In this document: in pieces, positions 31,061 through 41,534 of the stretch
How positions within the stretch are numbered: the stretch's first letter is position 1
Layout: each line of letters opens with the position of its first letter
Source: Candidatus Latescibacterota bacterium
GTDB taxonomy: Bacteria > Latescibacterota > UBA2968 > UBA8231
DNA: 64,000 nt
Direction: 5' to 3'
Assembly: GCA_965217585.1 (NCBI GenBank)
Contig: OZ244561.1
Span: 6,176,001-6,240,000 of the forward strand
The notes under the pieces: model-generated
Databases searched by the model: none
Told to the model about the DNA's origin: nothing
Seen by the model: the letters and a program-made list of their open reading frames with translations, nothing else
Made by a program: the position numbers and the translations under genes

Positions 31061-32236
31061 ATGGATTATCTCGCAGCGCTCCTGGCCGGCGTTGAGGGCC
31101 TGAGACCGCGGCTACCGGCAATCTCGGAGGCCGCCGACCAGGTCGCCGGACGCCTTGCGGCGGACGGACGGCTACTGCTGGCGAGTATGCGGCCGGACTT
31201 TACATCGGAGGGCTTCGTCCGCTCTGGTGGGCTGATGCTGGCCGAGGAGTGGAGGCCCCAGACGAGGCTGTCGCCGAATGACGCGGTGATTCTCGGCTGG
31301 TCGGGTGCCCCGCCGGACCAGGAGTTGGAGTTGTTGCGGGACCTGCGCGCCTCGGGTGCCCTGATCGCCGGCCTCGGGCCGACCTCGTGGGCTGGGGCGG
31401 ATTCGCAATTGGGTGCCGACCTATTCTTGGAGAGTTCGCTCCCGCTGCCTAGGACGGCGACCGCCCCCTTCGGCGGCGAGGACTACCCGCTGATCTCCCT
31501 GCAGAACTTAGTAGTCTTGTGGACCTTCACCGGCGAGATCGTGGCCGCCTTAACCCGGATCGGGCAGATGCCTGCCATGTATCAGAGCGTGCTGGTAGCA
31601 GGAGCGAGGGATCGCAATGCTCAGTTTGCCGGCTCGCGTTTTCACCATACACATCAAGTGCCGGCGATTCCTCTAGGACAGGTTGGCGGGGATTACCTCG
31701 ACGCAATCGGAGAGATTCTGCGCGCTTTGATCGAGGAAGAGGCGGGGGCGATCGAGCGCGTCGGTGCGGTCTGCGCTCAAGTCCTCAACAATGGCCGCAT
31801 CATCCATGCGGGGATGATCTCCCACTTCCCAGTGCATCAGCACGGAGCACCGGGCGATCCGCTGTACATGCGTCGCCTAGGCGCGCTCGATGGGGAGTCT
31901 CCGTCGGTGGCCGAACTCGAGCGCGAGCTGCAGTTAGGGGATCTGTTTTTCTTCCTTGGATACTATCGGCGGCCAACGCAAGCCTACCAGGCCGTGCGCC
32001 GGGCGGGTGCGCGGATCGTCGAGGTGATCACAGGGGACGGATTGGACGGTCAGCCGCCGCCGGATTACGTCATCCGGCCGAGGTGGCCCTTCGGCGATGC
32101 GGTGACGCAGGTGCCCGGGTACGACGTGGAGATCTTGCCCAGCTCCGGTATCGTGCAGGCGGCGATTTACTGGGCCGTAGTAGCGTCGATCTGGCAGGCG
32201 CTCGCCGAGCGGTCCGCGTCCACTCGTATTCTGTGA
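31061..32236 (+). CDS. Hypothetical protein, possibly tandem SIS-like sugar-phosphate-binding domains
   Basis: ATG 5 nt after the upstream stop; RSGGL and PSSG motifs; two similar alpha/beta halves. Confidence 0.55.
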   Translation: MDYLAALLAGVEGLRPRLPAISEAADQVAGRLAADGRLLLASMRPDFTSEGFVRSGGLMLAEEWRPQTRLSPNDAVILGWSGAPPDQELELLRDLRASGALIAGLGPTSWAGADSQLGADLFLESSLPLPRTATAPFGGEDYPLISLQNLVVLWTFTGEIVAALTRIGQMPAMYQSVLVAGARDRNAQFAGSRFHHTHQVPAIPLGQVGGDYLDAIGEILRALIEEEAGAIERVGAVCAQVLNNGRIIHAGMISHFPVHQHGAPGDPLYMRRLGALDGESPSVAELERELQLGDLFFFLGYYRRPTQAYQAVRRAGARIVEVITGDGLDGQPPPDYVIRPRWPFGDAVTQVPGYDVEILPSSGIVQAAIYWAVVASIWQALAERSASTRIL

Positions 32237-32243
32237 GGTAGAA

Positions 32244-33320
32244 ATGGTGAATAGCACAGAGACAACAACAGTTCAGCTCGGCAGCGGAGAAAAGCTGACG
32301 ATCGAGGTATGCGAGCCACCCTTTCCCGGCGGAGAGCACAGCCTCTGCTGGTGGGGGGATATTGCCGCTGACCTGATGGGAGGGAACCTGCGACCTTGGC
32401 TGTACACGCCCTATTACCTAGGGAAAATCGACGGAGAGGTGGTGGGCTACATGGGCTGTCAGACCCCCGCGGATACGCGCGAGGTGGGGCTCGTCGAGTT
32501 CGTCTGGACTGCCGAGGCGCATCGGCGCAAGGGGATCGCTTCGCTCTTGCTCGGCCGACTCGTGGAGGAGTTCGCGCAGGCTGGGGGGTTGGCTCTCTAC
32601 CTGTGTACGGCCAACCCCCATGCCGGCAGCCTGTACGAGCGCCACGGATTCCGCTATTTCATCGGAGATGGGATGCGCTACTTGGCACCCGGTGCCAGCG
32701 ACTTTGACCGCGACTACCTCGATGGCGGCGGTCCGGCCGAGGTTCGCGACGCCACTTGGGCCGATTTGCCGGGGGCTTCAGTGCTCTACAACCATCCCGA
32801 GCCGAGGTGGATCGTCAAGGACTACCTGAGCCAGAGTTTTCGCGACACCCGCTACGAGAGTCACTTTGTGAAGACCTTGCGGCGCTTAGAAGGCCGGCGG
32901 GGGTTCTGCCTAGCGCTGGAAAATGCCAGGTGCCGCGTGGTTGGTCTGGCCACGGTCGAACGGCGGGAGACCTTTGCCGAGCAGCACACGGGCATATTGA
33001 GTTTTCGCGTGGCACCGGCCTTCAGCGGCCAAGCCGCGGATTTGCTCGGTGCGGTGGTCGAGCGGTGCGCGGCTTTGGAGATCGCGGTCCTGCATGTCTA
33101 TCTGGCGGACTGCGACGCCGATCAGAAGCAGCTACTCGAAGAAGCGGGATTCGGCGAAGAGGCACGATTCAAGCGGCGGCTGTGGGTCGATGGGCGGTAC
33201 GTGGACATGGTCGTCTACGCCCGGATTATAGCACAGACGACGGCAGTGCTCTTCGACGAGGGTGACTACTATGGCGGACGTAAGGATTGGCAGCGGGTGC
33301 GCAGCGACGCAGACGACTAA
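32244..33320 (+). CDS. Tandem GNAT acetyltransferase
   Basis: HRRKGIAS acetyl-CoA motif, LYERHGF; second domain LEEAGF.EEA. Confidence 0.8.
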   Translation: MVNSTETTTVQLGSGEKLTIEVCEPPFPGGEHSLCWWGDIAADLMGGNLRPWLYTPYYLGKIDGEVVGYMGCQTPADTREVGLVEFVWTAEAHRRKGIASLLLGRLVEEFAQAGGLALYLCTANPHAGSLYERHGFRYFIGDGMRYLAPGASDFDRDYLDGGGPAEVRDATWADLPGASVLYNHPEPRWIVKDYLSQSFRDTRYESHFVKTLRRLEGRRGFCLALENARCRVVGLATVERRETFAEQHTGILSFRVAPAFSGQAADLLGAVVERCAALEIAVLHVYLADCDADQKQLLEEAGFGEEARFKRRLWVDGRYVDMVVYARIIAQTTAVLFDEGDYYGGRKDWQRVRSDADD

Positions 33321-33434
33321 ACTATTGTTGCCGTGGATGTTAACCGATAGAGTTGATTTATATTGTACATGCACATCCGACCGGCGTGGTTGTCGTAGTG
33401 CTCGGCCAAGCGCGGATTGTTCCGCTCGATTAGC

Positions 33435-34571
33435 TCAAGCGATTTTATTCTTCTCGATATAATCCCAGTTGATATTCATCCCCAACCCGGGCCGTTGGGG
33501 CACGTGGACAAAACCCTGCTCGTCCATCAGTTCGCCGTGCTCGTGCAGCCAAGGGGCGGGCTCATCGAAGTCGATGAAGGGGTGCAACAGTCCGCGTTCG
33601 TAGAATTCGCCGTTGTGCATGGCGCACAGGGCGTGCAGGTTGCCCGGGCCGCCGCCGTGGATTTCGCAGCGCATACCAAACGACTCGCACAGATGCACGG
33701 TCTTCATCAGTGGGGTGAGGCCGCCCACGTCGCCCACGCCGCAGCGGCTGATGTCGCAAGCACCGGCTTTGATCCACTCGGCGCGCACGTACATTTTGCC
33801 CTCGCAGGTCTCCGGGCCGCAAATCGGCAAGCTGGTCTGCTCGCATAGCCAGATGTAGGACGACATGCTGTGTTCGTCCATGGGTTCTTCCATCCAATAA
33901 TAGTCGAGCTTTTCCAGTTCCTTGGCTAGGAAGAGAGCGGCCTCGCGGTCGTAGTAGTGGTAGGGGTCGAGCATACAGGGCACGTCGGGGCCGACGGCTT
34001 CGCGCACGGCGGCGCAGGCTTCAATGTCGCGTTTGGGGTCGGGAGCGCCGGCGTAGGGCGGTTGCCAAGTGTGCAATTTGAAGGCGGGGTATCCGCGCTC
34101 CATGCACCACTGGGCGTAATTGGCGTAGTCTTGGGGAGTGGCTAAGCCGCCTTTGAGATCGTCGCCGCACATGGTGGAGGCGTAGGCTGGCACTTTGTCG
34201 CGCAAGCCGCCCAATAGTTTGTACACGGGTTGATTTAGGGCGCGTCCGGCCAGATCCCACAAGGCTAGGTCAACGGCCGTGAGCACTTGGTCGGACAGCG
34301 TGCCCAGATTGAGCCGCTGGCGATGGTTGAGGTCGCGCCAGATTTTTTCGCGGTACAAGGGGTCTTCGCCGACTATGGCGGGTTTGACAATGCTGTCTAT
34401 GGCTTGGGCATTAGCGCCAAACCAGTAGCCGGAGACGCCTGCGTCGGTGTCTATTTGCAGCAGGGTTTGGGTGGTTTCGCGCTCGGGGCCGGGATGACCG
34501 TGGCCGTCGGAGTCGCGTACGGTATTGGTGATGCTTTTGAAGCGAATGGTCTCTACTTGGGTAATTTTCAT
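33435..34571 (-). CDS. Mandelate racemase/enolase superfamily protein
   Basis: DLALWDLAGR, FKLH, MLDP, MEEP, GPE, RPGLG. Confidence 0.88.
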   Translation of the reverse strand: MKITQVETIRFKSITNTVRDSDGHGHPGPERETTQTLLQIDTDAGVSGYWFGANAQAIDSIVKPAIVGEDPLYREKIWRDLNHRQRLNLGTLSDQVLTAVDLALWDLAGRALNQPVYKLLGGLRDKVPAYASTMCGDDLKGGLATPQDYANYAQWCMERGYPAFKLHTWQPPYAGAPDPKRDIEACAAVREAVGPDVPCMLDPYHYYDREAALFLAKELEKLDYYWMEEPMDEHSMSSYIWLCEQTSLPICGPETCEGKMYVRAEWIKAGACDISRCGVGDVGGLTPLMKTVHLCESFGMRCEIHGGGPGNLHALCAMHNGEFYERGLLHPFIDFDEPAPWLHEHGELMDEQGFVHVPQRPGLGMNINWDYIEKNKIA

Positions 34572-34622
34572 ACGTCGTCCTTTCGCGGATGGCGACCTCG
34601 GTCGCTGGTGATAAGCTGCCTG

Positions 34623-35348
34623 CTACGGTACTCCAACCCCGCTCTTTGCAATCAGTCGCCCGACAATCTCCACGGACCGCTCCATGCACTCCCGCCCGTA
34701 TGCGGCGCTGGCGTCGCGCGGATCCTCGCCGCCGACCCCTTGCGGCCACACGCTCCGATCTGCAGCCAACTGCCCGAGGTCAACCAAATCCTCCTGATAG
34801 TGCATCACTAGCGACGTTTCGTTGCGCGCGGCGTGGTCCATCTGGCTTTTCCATTCCCGCGATATTTCATCCGTAACCCCCGCCAGCTTGAGGCCGAAGC
34901 GCTGCTCCCGCTCGGCCATAGCTTCGCGCCAAGCCCTGCGGCTCGGCCCGTGTCCGTCGGCGAATACGAACTTGAAACCTGCGCGCTTGATCTGCTCTAA
35001 GATCGCATCGACTAGCATCCCGAAAAACCCGTCCGACACCCAGTAGCAACTGCCGTCTAGTTGCCGGTGTGGCTCGGTGCTGTCGGCGTAGTCCATGCCG
35101 TGGAGGACTTCGCCCTCGCCGCGATCCCACGCCCGATCCGGCCCGAGGTGAATTGGCGGCATCACGATTCCGCCAAAGCGCTTGGCGCACTCGATCATCA
35201 GCCCTTCGCTCTGGATCGCGTCGCTGCCCAACGGCAAATGCTCGCCGTGCCATTCGAGCGTGCCCAGCGGCAGATACGCAACCGGCCTAGCCGCCAGCCG
35301 CTGGCGAAATTCCCACGGCAATAAATCGGAATATCTGACCTTTTCCAT
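34623..35348 (-). CDS. Creatininase family protein
   Basis: PLGTLEWHGEHLPLGSD, DGHG, DHAARNETS. Confidence 0.85.
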   Translation of the reverse strand: MEKVRYSDLLPWEFRQRLAARPVAYLPLGTLEWHGEHLPLGSDAIQSEGLMIECAKRFGGIVMPPIHLGPDRAWDRGEGEVLHGMDYADSTEPHRQLDGSCYWVSDGFFGMLVDAILEQIKRAGFKFVFADGHGPSRRAWREAMAEREQRFGLKLAGVTDEISREWKSQMDHAARNETSLVMHYQEDLVDLGQLAADRSVWPQGVGGEDPRDASAAYGRECMERSVEIVGRLIAKSGVGVP

Positions 35349-35362
35349 TGAACATTTCTCCG

Positions 35363-36616
35363 TCAACGTTGCGAAATCCGATAGCCGGGCCGTTCCGGCT
35401 TAAACAAATCGGGATTTAGCCTGACCCCCAATCCACTGCCTTGGGGCAGATTCACATATCCTCCGTTGATTTCCACCTCCGTGTCGATCAGGTCTCGATA
35501 CACCGTCTGTATCTGCGCCCGCACGGTTTCCTGATAGCAGCAGTTGGCCACCGCCGCTCCCACGTGTAAGCCGGCAAAGAGCGTCAGCGGGCCGGTGCAG
35601 TCGTGCATGCTGACCGGCACATTATAGGTCTGCGCCAGATGGGCAATCCGCGCGGTCTCGGAAATCCCGCCGACCCAGGTCGGGTCGATCATCACGTAGT
35701 CGGCGGCTTGGTGCATCAGCACGGAATTGTAATCGGCCCGGCTCAGCAGCATCTCGCTTACTGAAATCGGCATCCGGCTCTGGCGGCGGAAGTCGGCGAC
35801 TGTGTCGAGGTTGTCCATCTTGATCACGTCTTCCAGCCACAGCGGCGCGACTTCGCGCAGGGCCTCGGCAATGCGGAGTGCCGCTGGGAGCTGGAAATGC
35901 GCGTGGCCATCGACGAAGATGTCGAGGTCCATGCCCACCTTGTCGCGGATCTCGCGCAAGGGCTGCACGCCTTCCTCAATTGCGTGGTGCGGGATGCGCG
36001 CTGGGCCGTACTGGATGGCCGCTTGGTCAAAGGGCCAGACTTTTAGCCCGCTATAGCCCAGTTCGACGAGCTCCTCGGCCAGCGCCACTGGCTCGTGGAA
36101 CAGCTTCCATGAATCACCCAGCGGCCCTGGCTCGCCGATGGCGCCAAAGCCCGGCCAGCCTTTGCGCCCGGTGGTGCTCGGCCCGTACTGGGGGTTGCCG
36201 CAGCTATTGTATACCAGAATTTTTTCGCGCACTGGCCCGCCGAGCAGGCGATAGATCGGCTGGTTGCAGACCTGGCCGAGAATGTCCCACAGCGCCACGT
36301 CCAGCGCCGACAAAGCGCGGAGCTCCGTGCCGCGGACGCCAAAATTCGCGGCACGCTCGTAGAGGAAGCGCCAGTGCGACTCAATGGCCAGCGCGTCTTC
36401 GCCGAGCAGCCGGCGCGCCATCCAGTCGTGCAGCATGGCCTGCACGGCCTCGGCGCAATAGTACGTTTCGCCATGGCCGATAAGTCCGGCGTCGGTGTGG
36501 ATGCGCACCAGCAGCAAGTCGGGGAACAAGTCGAGCGGCTGTACGGATTCGATGGCAGTTACGGTGACTTTGCCCTCGTCAATGGGCGACGGGGGCAGGT
36601 GGGGTTTCGCCGTCAT
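35363..36616 (-). CDS. Mandelate racemase/enolase superfamily protein
   Basis: DVALWDILG, LKVW, VDGH, WLED, VSE, HDC. Confidence 0.88.
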   Translation of the reverse strand: MTAKPHLPPSPIDEGKVTVTAIESVQPLDLFPDLLLVRIHTDAGLIGHGETYYCAEAVQAMLHDWMARRLLGEDALAIESHWRFLYERAANFGVRGTELRALSALDVALWDILGQVCNQPIYRLLGGPVREKILVYNSCGNPQYGPSTTGRKGWPGFGAIGEPGPLGDSWKLFHEPVALAEELVELGYSGLKVWPFDQAAIQYGPARIPHHAIEEGVQPLREIRDKVGMDLDIFVDGHAHFQLPAALRIAEALREVAPLWLEDVIKMDNLDTVADFRRQSRMPISVSEMLLSRADYNSVLMHQAADYVMIDPTWVGGISETARIAHLAQTYNVPVSMHDCTGPLTLFAGLHVGAAVANCCYQETVRAQIQTVYRDLIDTEVEINGGYVNLPQGSGLGVRLNPDLFKPERPGYRISQR

Positions 36617-36626
36617 TTAGTATCCC

Positions 36627-37583
36627 TTAGTATCCCTTCTCTAAATCGCATACGTTTAATAGCGCTGCGCCCGCCAGATAGCGGCGCAGGTTTTCCACGA
36701 AGATGGCCTTGCGGCGCTCGATCAATTGCACGGACTCGGCTGAGGTGTGCGGTGAGATCAGCATGTTGGGCGCGTCCCACAGCGGGCTGTCGGGCGGCAA
36801 CGGCTCGACCTCCGTCGCGTCGAGCGCGGCCCCGCCGATCCGGCCCGCGTGCAAGCCCTCGGCCAGTGCTTCCTCATCGACGATTCCCCCGCGCGAGACG
36901 ACCACCACAAACGCTCCTTCTTTGAGTAGGGAGAGTCGTCGCCGATTGAGCATCCCCGTCGTCTCCTTGGTTCACGGGGCCGTTATCACTAGCCAATCTA
37001 CCATCCCCAGCATCTCGTCCAACCGCTCGACCGGCCACACCGCGCACACCCCCGGCGGCGGCTCCATCGGCAAGATATCCACTGCGTACACTTCGATTCC
37101 AAAGGCTGCGGCCCGCGCGGCCACGCCCCGGCCAATATCTCCCATCGCCAGCACCCCCATCTTGGTCCCGGCCAACTCGATGATGCGCTGCACATAGCGC
37201 TTGGTATTCCACTGGCGGTTGCGCTGATCTTCGAGCAGTTCGGGGATCCGGTGGGCGTGTGCGAGTATCGCGGCGAAGACGTGATCGGCCATGGGCACGA
37301 CGTGCGCCTCGCGCGCGTTGGTCATCGCCACGTCACCCGTGCGAAATTCCGGTATCTCGCGCACTATCGGGTCGAAGCCGATGCCGACGAAGTGGAACCA
37401 CTTGAGTTCTTTTGCCGCCAAAAACACAGGCCGCTTCATCAACCCAAACACAACCTCTGCATCGGCCACCTCTTGCTCCTGCTCTGCTTCGTCATACGCT
37501 GGGTAAAAGTCCAGTTCGGGAAACGCAGTCTGCAATTCTTCGACGAAGGATTCTCCCATATCATATGTCAGTACGACCTTCAC
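36627..37583 (-). pseudogene. D-2-hydroxyacid dehydrogenase interrupted by an in-frame TGA
   Basis: The two track ORFs are in one frame: ATA ACG GCC CCG TGA ACC AAG GAG ACG = ITAP*TKET (canonical APLTxET); GDIG, SRGGIVDE, EPLP..SPLW, SPH motifs intact. Confidence 0.8.
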
Positions 37584-37658
37584 GCTGATAGTCCTTTCTC
37601 AAGGCGTTGCCATCGTGCGGATTTTTCTATTAATGGACATAAGACTGCGTAACATCGG

Positions 37659-39101
37659 CTAGTAAGCGACGTAGGCGCCTCTTGCTTGCAGGGCGGGGAT
37701 ATGTTCGTTGCGGGCTTGGTCGCTGAGGGGGTTGCCGGTCAAATATATCTCATCGCCTTCACCTAAGCCGGTGTTGGCGACTAGGGCACTTATGTCCTCA
37801 ATTTGGTTGTTCTCTAAAGACAGTAGGCTCAGGTTGGTCAAATCGGCCAGCGGCTCCGTATCCGTAATTTGGTTGTCACCCAAACTCAGCCATCGCAGGT
37901 TGGTCAGATTGGCCAACGGCTTCACCTCCGCAATCTGGTTGTACGACAGATACAGCACATGCAGATTGTTCAGGTTGGCTAGCAGCTCCACCTCCGTATC
38001 CGTAATTTGGTTGTCACCCAAACTCAGCCATCGCAGGTTGGTCAAACCGGCTAGTGGCTTCACCTCCGCAATCTGGTTGTACGACAGCTCCAGCGTATGC
38101 AGGTTGTTCAGGTTAGCCAACGGCTCCACCTCCGTAATTCGGTTGCCATACAAACTCAGCGTATGCAGGTTGGTCAGATTGGCCAGCGGCCCTACCTCCG
38201 CAATCTGGTTGTACGTCAGCTCCAGCGTATGCAGGGCAGTACAATTTTCGAGGCCCGCTAAACTGCTGATAGAAGCATCTCGGGCCGAGATGCTGGTCAG
38301 GAAAGAGACGTCCTCAGGTGTCAGGTAGCCGGGCGGTCGGCCCAGTGCCTCTCGTACCACGCGCTCCAGATTGGCGTCGGCGAACAAAGAGAGATAGAGG
38401 ATTACGCCTTCCTGTAGAGCAGAGCCTCCGCTAAGTACTTGTACGTTCAGAACGGTGCTTTTTCCGAGCGAGGTTTCTGCGGGCCGATACATCTGTTGCA
38501 GATGCGCCACCAGCGTCTCTATGATCTCTGGGCGGTCCAGCTCAACAGCGAAGGAGGTACTGGCGTTGAGCTGCACTGGCACTCGCCCGGTTTGATACTG
38601 CCAGTGCGCTTGCAGAAACGACGCCACCGCTTCCCAACCGATTAGCCGGGTCTCATCGACCGGCTCTAACAAAGCTCTAGCAATTGGGTCAATCTGCCAG
38701 TCGAGGGAAGTGAGTCCCGCTGGCAGGTCGTCCAATCCCGTGGGCTTCAGCATCAAGCGGAGAGAGTCGCCGTCGGACCAGGTCCAAATCAGCGTCTGAC
38801 GCACACTTCCGACTGGATCGACGCAGCGAATCGCCACCAAGCTATCGGGGCGGCCTTGGTATTCGACCTGAAGACCGGCCAGCGCATCCCCCGCTTCATC
38901 GACCAAGTGCAGCCACAGGCCGCGCGGATACTGCGGCGACTCGATCAGCACGTGGCCATCGGCATTGCTTTGCGCCTGTGCCCAGCCGGTGCTATCGACG
39001 CCGGTGGCAAAGAAGAGCTCGGTCTGCGCTGTCGCCGTAGAGGCCCCAAGGGTCGCCAGTGCTAGGAGTATTCCAAAACGAAAGATCGCCGCATGCATCA
39101 T
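37659..39101 (-). CDS. Secreted internalin-like leucine-rich repeat protein
   Basis: Signal peptide; FADANLERVVREAL cap; about 8 LRRs of about 22 aa (LANLTNLxxLxLxxNQIxxxxP); NPLS C-cap. Confidence 0.85.
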   Translation of the reverse strand: MMHAAIFRFGILLALATLGASTATAQTELFFATGVDSTGWAQAQSNADGHVLIESPQYPRGLWLHLVDEAGDALAGLQVEYQGRPDSLVAIRCVDPVGSVRQTLIWTWSDGDSLRLMLKPTGLDDLPAGLTSLDWQIDPIARALLEPVDETRLIGWEAVASFLQAHWQYQTGRVPVQLNASTSFAVELDRPEIIETLVAHLQQMYRPAETSLGKSTVLNVQVLSGGSALQEGVILYLSLFADANLERVVREALGRPPGYLTPEDVSFLTSISARDASISSLAGLENCTALHTLELTYNQIAEVGPLANLTNLHTLSLYGNRITEVEPLANLNNLHTLELSYNQIAEVKPLAGLTNLRWLSLGDNQITDTEVELLANLNNLHVLYLSYNQIAEVKPLANLTNLRWLSLGDNQITDTEPLADLTNLSLLSLENNQIEDISALVANTGLGEGDEIYLTGNPLSDQARNEHIPALQARGAYVAY

Positions 39102-39245
39102 TCGGTTGCCAGTCCTCCACGTTTAATTTGGAGACGCGCCTCTATCCCGATTCACTGCTAACACCATCCGAGCACGTTTGATATACCAAATATAGCCATC
39201 CTAGACCATTTATAAACGGATGCTAGGCCCAAGTTTCTTGGGCAC

Positions 39246-39275
39246 GAGATACTTCGCTACGCTTCGCACGACAGG
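39246..39275. repeat. Degenerate copy of the REP-like element at 2444
   Basis: GAGATACTTCGCTACGCTTCGCACGACAGG vs GAGATGCTTCGCTTCGCTCAGCATGACAGG. Confidence 0.45.
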
Positions 39276-39383
39276 GAAGAGAAACGTCAAGAGCTAGCAC
39301 AGAGGTAGAACTATGCGTAACTTATGCTATGTTTTCACTGCGTTTTGACTGCACTACATGGACTCAGCGGGACAGGTTTTAGA

Positions 39384-41534
39384 ATGAGTCAGCAATGGCG
39401 GGAACGACTGGGGACGGTGACGCTGGAACCCTGCGCGCCGGTGGTAGCCGGTAGCTATCAGCAATGGACTTTGACCCTGACCGTGGGCAGCTACGGCATT
39501 GACGAGCGCGGCACGATTAAGATCGCCCAGCGCTTTGCCTGCGATATGCAGCCGGCCCAGTTCAGCGATCCAGCCGCGCCGGCCTATTGCACGGTGCAGA
39601 CCAATGGTGCGGCCAAGCTGGCACCGCGCTTTGCTCCCAAGGGGCACGAGCGACCGTGGATGCGTTGGTGCGTGGTGATTGATGTGTACGATGGCTCCCT
39701 CGCGCCCGGCGATACGGTGACCGTGGTCTTGGGCGACCGCAGCGGCGGCTCGCCGGGGATTCGGGTGCAGACCTTTGTCGAGTCGGCCCACGAATTCCGC
39801 GTTTTCGTCGATCCGACCAATGCTTCGGTGGCCCGGGCCGTGGCGGATTCGCCCAAGTTTCCCATTGTCGCTGGCGAGGCCGTGGAATTGGTGTGCATAG
39901 CGCCGAGCCAGGCGGTGGTGGTGGAGACGGTGGAGGTTTTTGTCAAAGGGCAGGATATGTGGGGCAATCCGATTGAGGTGACAGGCCCGGTCGAATTGGA
40001 TTGGGAAGGGGAAGGGGAGGTCGTGATCGAGGGGTACAGGGTGTCCTTTTGCGCTCTGGGTAGTGGACGGCTGATTGCGACGGCGGGCGGCTTGCGCTGT
40101 TACAGTAATCCAGTCGCCGTTTCTGCGACAGCGCCTCAGTGGCACCGCTACTGGGGGGATTTGCACGCCCAGTCCGACGCTACCGTCGGCGTGGGCACCG
40201 AAGAGGAGTACTTCACTTTTGCCCGCGACTGGGCGAGGGTGGATTTTGCCTCGCATCAGGGCAACGATTTCCAGGTTGACGACCAGGACTGGCAGCGGCT
40301 CAACGAGACGGTGCGGGCTTTTCACCGGGACGGCGAGTTTGTCGTCTTTCCCGGCTACGAGTGGTCGGCCAATTCCCCGGCCGGTGGGGACCGCAACGTC
40401 TTTTACTTTGCCGAGGGGCTGCCCATTGTGCGCAACAGCCACTGGCAGATCCCACACGTGCCCGAGGATGAGGTGTCGCCAGCGCATCCGGCCGATGTCT
40501 TTTTTGCTCGGCTCGCTCGCTTGGTGCCACGCGATCAAGTGATTATCGGCTCGCACGTGGGTGGGCGCTGGGCCGACGTCAAGGCGTATTTCGACCCCGA
40601 AGCGCACAATCTCGTGGAGGTCGTCTCGAGCTGGGGCGTGTTTGAGTGGATGCTGTTCGACGCGCTGGACTGCGGCCACGTGGTCGGGGTCATGTGCAAC
40701 AGCGACGGCCACAAGGGGCGGCCTGGGGCCGAAGGGCCGGGTGCTGGCGAGTTTGGCATTGCCGGGGGCCTGACCTGCGTGTTGGCTGGCGAGTTGTCGC
40801 GCGTGGGCGTGTGGGAGGCTCTGTGCAGTCGGCGCTGTTATGGCACGACTGGTGCACGCATCCTTCTAGATGTACAGATAGCTGGTGTGCTCATGGGGGC
40901 GGTGGTGCAAAATGTGGACTCGGTGGATATTCGCGCTCGGGTTGTGGGGGCGGCACCGCTGGAGGCGCTGCAAGTGTATCGCGGTCGGACATTGATCGCC
41001 GAGGTGCAGCCGCCTGAATTCCGGGATTTGGGGCGTTCCAACAGGTTGCGCCTGATATGGTCTGGCTCGCGGATGCGCGGGCGTGGGCGGCGGGTGGATT
41101 GGTCTGGGGTTATCCGCACCACCGAGGCGACCATTGTGGAGGCGACCACGGTCAGCTTTGATTCCGCAGCCGACGGCATTACCGCGACTGAGCCGCAGGC
41201 CGTGGCTTTTCAATCGCAGACCACGGGAGATTGCGACGGGATTGAGTTGGTGCTGGACGATGGGCGGGTCGGCAGCTTGGTGTTCGAGTCGGCGGCGGGG
41301 ACGACGGAGATCGATCTGGTGGGGCTGGGCCACGAACCGTTGCGCTTCGACTACGGTGGCTTGGATATGCAGTTAGTGGTGCAGCGCTATCCCGAGCGGG
41401 TGGAAGCGCTGGAATTGACGTTGGAGACTGTGGATCAGCCGCCGGGGGAGGGGCAGGCCGCTTATTTCGTCAAGGCTATTCAGTGCGACGGGGAGATGGC
41501 TTGGTCGAGTCCGGTGTATGTGTTAGCCCGTTAG
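39384..41534 (+). CDS. DUF3604-like (PHP/CehA-McbA type) metallohydrolase
   Basis: YWGDLHAQS, PGYEWS, SDGHKGRPG, YGTTGARI, AWSSPV; start placed at MSQQW. Confidence 0.75.
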   Translation: MSQQWRERLGTVTLEPCAPVVAGSYQQWTLTLTVGSYGIDERGTIKIAQRFACDMQPAQFSDPAAPAYCTVQTNGAAKLAPRFAPKGHERPWMRWCVVIDVYDGSLAPGDTVTVVLGDRSGGSPGIRVQTFVESAHEFRVFVDPTNASVARAVADSPKFPIVAGEAVELVCIAPSQAVVVETVEVFVKGQDMWGNPIEVTGPVELDWEGEGEVVIEGYRVSFCALGSGRLIATAGGLRCYSNPVAVSATAPQWHRYWGDLHAQSDATVGVGTEEEYFTFARDWARVDFASHQGNDFQVDDQDWQRLNETVRAFHRDGEFVVFPGYEWSANSPAGGDRNVFYFAEGLPIVRNSHWQIPHVPEDEVSPAHPADVFFARLARLVPRDQVIIGSHVGGRWADVKAYFDPEAHNLVEVVSSWGVFEWMLFDALDCGHVVGVMCNSDGHKGRPGAEGPGAGEFGIAGGLTCVLAGELSRVGVWEALCSRRCYGTTGARILLDVQIAGVLMGAVVQNVDSVDIRARVVGAAPLEALQVYRGRTLIAEVQPPEFRDLGRSNRLRLIWSGSRMRGRGRRVDWSGVIRTTEATIVEATTVSFDSAADGITATEPQAVAFQSQTTGDCDGIELVLDDGRVGSLVFESAAGTTEIDLVGLGHEPLRFDYGGLDMQLVVQRYPERVEALELTLETVDQPPGEGQAAYFVKAIQCDGEMAWSSPVYVLAR
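41011..41524 (+). repeat. Copy 1 of an approx. 515-bp direct repeat (3' end of the DUF3604 gene)
   Basis: Near-identical to 44305-44821. Confidence 0.9.

Noticed and set aside
36972-36974. Selenocysteine or recoded TGA
   Set aside because: The position corresponds to a conserved Leu, not Cys or Trp. No clear SECIS hairpin follows, and TGA ends many other genes in the window.
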